From: a virus
IMG/VR virus record: IMGVR_UViG_3300028393_000021
Length of the DNA stretch: 64,000 nucleotides
Strand: one strand, 5' to 3'
The position numbers and the translations under genes are program-made. Positions 61,068 through 64,000 of this stretch are shown one piece after another (the stretch's first letter is position 1; every line of letters begins with the position of its first letter). Below the pieces are notes generated by a model that saw nothing but the letters and a program-made list of their open reading frames with translations, had not been told where the DNA came from and searched no databases.

Positions 61068-62813
61068 TTATCCCTTTAATCGTCGCTTGACTCTGGGATA
61101 AGTCCTACTACTGGTTGGTCGTTGTTTATAATTCTGCTTTGGATAAGTCTCTGCGTAATCTAGTTTTTCTTTAGGGTATTTTAAATATAAGTTAGGACCA
61201 CCTAAAATTCCATTTATATTAGAAAATATAGCGGGTTGTCCAAATTCTGTACCGGGAAGTGGTGTGCTGAGTTGATCTTTAGTGGCGTATGCTTGTAAAT
61301 ATTCTTTAGCTTCAGTATATGTCATCCTAGGATAAGTTTCTAATGCACACGCTAATACTCCCGCAACTTGTGCAGATGCAACACTGGTTCCGCTGTAAGT
61401 TGATAGATAAGTAGTCCCTGCAATATTTCTTGGATCAACAGCAGGTGTGCCGCTAGTACCATACCAAGAACTTACAATTAATGTGCCCGGTGCAAAAATG
61501 TCAGTTCTTGGGCCCGCATTACTGTATGCGGCTTTCTTTTCTTCTGTTGTACTATCAATTGAACTTACATTAATAACCCCATCGGCGGCTGCTGGACTGC
61601 TGCCTCGATGGTAATAATAAAGAGATGTAGAAGTAATGAGAGCATTGTTAAAATTAAGGCCTGTGCTAACATCATTGTACATAGAATAATTACCGGCACC
61701 GCCAACAAATATGATGCCAGCAGCCAATCCGTCTGCTATGTCTGCATCTAATGCGCTATCCCTGACACCAAAACTTATAACGCTTGTACTGCTGATAAGC
61801 CCTAGATAATTTTTAAACGCATTCCAAGATGCAGGCGCAGGCGGCTTGTTAGATATTACGTCTTGAAATTGTATCTTTGGTATATTATCCAAATTTTGTG
61901 AGGTTGTTAATTCCCAACTTAAATTCACAATAGTTGGGTTTTTTACACCTGTAACTGGATTGATTGGTTTTGAATTATGAAAAGCCCTAATATAGTCCAT
62001 GACATAATAAGACCAATTGGTGGCAGCATTATCATTGTTACTGGGATAGGGATTTATATTGTATATGTTTGCACTGCTGGCCCATCCTTGAGTGTTACCT
62101 GCAACAACTCCTGCAATATGCGTACCGTGAGCACTATCATTATATCCAAGAGTGGGAAAAGTGTATAGATAAGTTCCTGCTGCGTCGGTGCCCCTCACAG
62201 CTACATTGTGCTGAAACCAGTTATACTGAATTACCCTACTCCCGCCTGATCCATCCGTATTAACAGCAAATTCTGGATGGCTGTTTGTAATGTGTCCATC
62301 ACATATAACCACATCTACATTTTTTCCTGTGTTGGTTATATTGATAGTACCAGCTGCGGTATTGGTTCCGTCAGAACCCCATCCAGAAATGGTATATCCG
62401 TTAAATGATCTTAACAATGCCCAATTCTTAGAAGAAGGTGCAGCAGTTAATTGTTTGCTCCACGAATTTGAATATTGCACCGCTATTGGTTTAATTTCCA
62501 AACCTTTTTCGGTATATGTTAAATCAACATCTTGTACCCTTGGATCTTTTCTTAGTTCTTCTGCTTCAAATTGAGTTAACAAATAGTGAGTATTTCTACT
62601 AATAGGTCGCCTGTCAGAAAGCACAACTTGCCTGTTCGGAATATATAAATCTCCCCCGACAGTTTCCATGTCGTTATAAAATGCATCTAGGTCTTGATAT
62701 TTTTTTAAAGTTACCACATATTCGCGTAGTGTTTGATTGTCAAACTCTATGATACCATCATCTGAACGTACTAATAAATTAAAAATTGAAGTATCCGTTG
62801 ATAATAGGTCCAT
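61068..62813 (-). CDS. Subtilisin-like serine protease (S8) with probable propeptide
   Basis: VVICDG (Asp), HGTHIAGVVAG (His), GAGN (oxyanion Asn), YSGTSVASAQVAG (Ser). Confidence 0.9.
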   Translation of the reverse strand: MDLLSTDTSIFNLLVRSDDGIIEFDNQTLREYVVTLKKYQDLDAFYNDMETVGGDLYIPNRQVVLSDRRPISRNTHYLLTQFEAEELRKDPRVQDVDLTYTEKGLEIKPIAVQYSNSWSKQLTAAPSSKNWALLRSFNGYTISGWGSDGTNTAAGTINITNTGKNVDVVICDGHITNSHPEFAVNTDGSGGSRVIQYNWFQHNVAVRGTDAAGTYLYTFPTLGYNDSAHGTHIAGVVAGNTQGWASSANIYNINPYPSNNDNAATNWSYYVMDYIRAFHNSKPINPVTGVKNPTIVNLSWELTTSQNLDNIPKIQFQDVISNKPPAPASWNAFKNYLGLISSTSVISFGVRDSALDADIADGLAAGIIFVGGAGNYSMYNDVSTGLNFNNALITSTSLYYYHRGSSPAAADGVINVSSIDSTTEEKKAAYSNAGPRTDIFAPGTLIVSSWYGTSGTPAVDPRNIAGTTYLSTYSGTSVASAQVAGVLACALETYPRMTYTEAKEYLQAYATKDQLSTPLPGTEFGQPAIFSNINGILGGPNLYLKYPKEKLDYAETYPKQNYKQRPTSSRTYPRVKRRLKG

Positions 62814-62814
62814 G

Positions 62815-64000
62815 TTAAACCTCAGTCTGAACCATGGTCAATGTTACTGTGATACTTGTTGATGCCCCAGAATAATTTGTTACTGAAATTGGTATAATGT
62901 TAGTAACAGGATTTTCGTCGTTGAATCCCAACACCGCTGGGGTTAACGTAATTGTTTGTGAAATTGTGGTTATCACTTCGGTTATTACTCCTGCATCGCT
63001 AGCAGGATCTAAATTTGATAATCGATATAGGTCAGCTGTTCTTGCAGCCGATGTTGCATAAATTCTAACCCAAGCAGCCGCAGAAGTCTGTATTTTATAA
63101 AGGTTATATCCTTTAAAAGCAGTGATATTGATTGATCCAGTATTTTGATTAGCTAGTGCTACAATAGTTCCAGCAATTGTTGATCGAGAATTAATGCCAA
63201 CACTACCAGTATAACCTGTGCTACCTATATATCCTAGACTACCAGTATAACCAAAACTGCCCCAATAACCAACACTACCTCGATATCCAGTGGATCCCCA
63301 GTATCCGGTATTTCCCTGCAGGCCAAGGAATCCACTAGCAGCAATTTCTACCCAGTTTGCGCTAGAGCCATCATCAGTCCATACTAATTCTGCACCTGTC
63401 AAAGCATCTAACCATCTATCACCTGCAACTGGTCCATCTGGTCCTCCCTGCGGTGCAGTATCACTATATACAAAAGAACTTTCACCTTTAGATCCAGCGT
63501 ATCCTTCACTGCCGGTATATCCTGTACTACCAAAATATCCCAATGCAGCATATGCACCAGGGATACCTTGACTACCTACAAATCCATCAATGCCTTGACT
63601 GCCAGTAAATCCAATACTACCAGTATACCCTAGACTACCAACATACCCTAGACTACCAGTAAAACCCGTGCTACCTATATATCCTAGTTCACCGCGTTCT
63701 CCCTGAGAACCGTCATTACCATCTATCCCTTGTATTCCGTCAGCACCACGTACACCCTGAATACCCTGAATACCTCTACTACCTGTAAAACCTCTACTAC
63801 CACTAAAGCCCACACTACCAGTAAAGCCTCGACTACCAGCGTAACCAACACTACCCCAATAACCTGTACTACCAGTATACCCTGTGCTACCAACGTACCC
63901 TGTGCTACCAGTATATCCCACACTACCAGTATATGCCATACTACCAGTATAACCAAAGCTACCAGTATAACCAAAGCTACCCCAATATCCAACTACACCT
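62815..64000 (-). CDS. Collagen-like (GYTGS) fibre protein, partial (starts beyond window)
   Basis: Frame stays open upstream of ATG 63939 to the window edge ([14 protein letters not shown]...). Confidence 0.75.
   Translation of the reverse strand, partial: GVVGYWGSFGYTGSFGYTGSMAYTGSVGYTGSTGYVGSTGYTGSTGYWGSVGYAGSRGFTGSVGFSGSRGFTGSRGIQGIQGVRGADGIQGIDGNDGSQGERGELGYIGSTGFTGSLGYVGSLGYTGSIGFTGSQGIDGFVGSQGIPGAYAALGYFGSTGYTGSEGYAGSKGESSFVYSDTAPQGGPDGPVAGDRWLDALTGAELVWTDDGSSANWVEIAASGFLGLQGNTGYWGSTGYRGSVGYWGSFGYTGSLGYIGSTGYTGSVGINSRSTIAGTIVALANQNTGSINITAFKGYNLYKIQTSAAAWVRIYATSAARTADLYRLSNLDPASDAGVITEVITTISQTITLTPAVLGFNDENPVTNIIPISVTNYSGASTSITVTLTMVQTEV

Noticed and set aside
53682-63992. Val-rich, Thr-rich and YYQYN alternative-frame ORFs (e.g. 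56513, 56534, 57131, 58127, 58166, 63723)
   Set aside because: By-products of the repeat array lacking stops in other frames; no RBS or promoter support.
53600-64000. CRISPR array or non-coding satellite
   Set aside because: Repeats have 9/18-bp codon periodicity, no unique spacers, and lie inside long open frames.
26733-64000. Diversity-generating retroelement acting on fibre genes
   Set aside because: No reverse transcriptase in the window and no template/variable repeat pair with adenine-specific mismatches was seen.
1-64000. Bacterial chromosome or integrated prophage
   Set aside because: Dense single-strand gene packing, T4-type late promoters, free-standing homing endonucleases and giant fibre genes, with no housekeeping operons, integrase or att site in view.

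Overview
The window is a 64-kb, AT-rich segment of a large (jumbo) T4-like tailed phage genome. The host is probably an aquatic Betaproteobacterium (inferred from the IscU, CspD-like, GNAT and phasin-like genes). Nearly all genes are on the minus strand; there are two plus-strand islands (19.6-21.2 kb and 33.7-36.7 kb). Gene blocks in order: sugar-nucleotide/glycan genes (C-methyltransferase, nucleotidyltransferase-cupin, gmd); CspD-like gene, CHAP-type virion hydrolase, glutaredoxin and iscU; a class Ia ribonucleotide reductase locus heavily invaded by homing endonucleases, with nrdA split into two genes between its active-site cysteines; exonuclease and putative head/internal proteins; a possible PHA-granule/acetylation island; FkbM and glycosyltransferase genes including a 1361-aa five-domain enzyme; then about 37 kb of giant tail-fibre/virion genes (LamG, Gly-rich cassettes, Pro-poor collagen-like GYTGS arrays, beta-helix) with a carbamoyltransferase+GT pair and an S8 protease. 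Top observations: (1) eight tandem phycobiliprotein-like C-x-R-D repeats in a 1659-aa virion protein; (2) split NrdA carrying charge-complementary, intein-like but non-splicing tails; (3) a 19-bp hairpin with a late promoter in its loop that sequesters the HNH endonuclease RBS; (4) a PhaR-box-like, phasin-like island; (5) a candidate T-loop structured RNA; (6) collagen-like repeat blocks shared between separate genes. All family assignments come from recognising motifs by eye; no database search or folding program was run. No rRNA, intact tRNA, CRISPR array, integrase or reverse transcriptase was seen.
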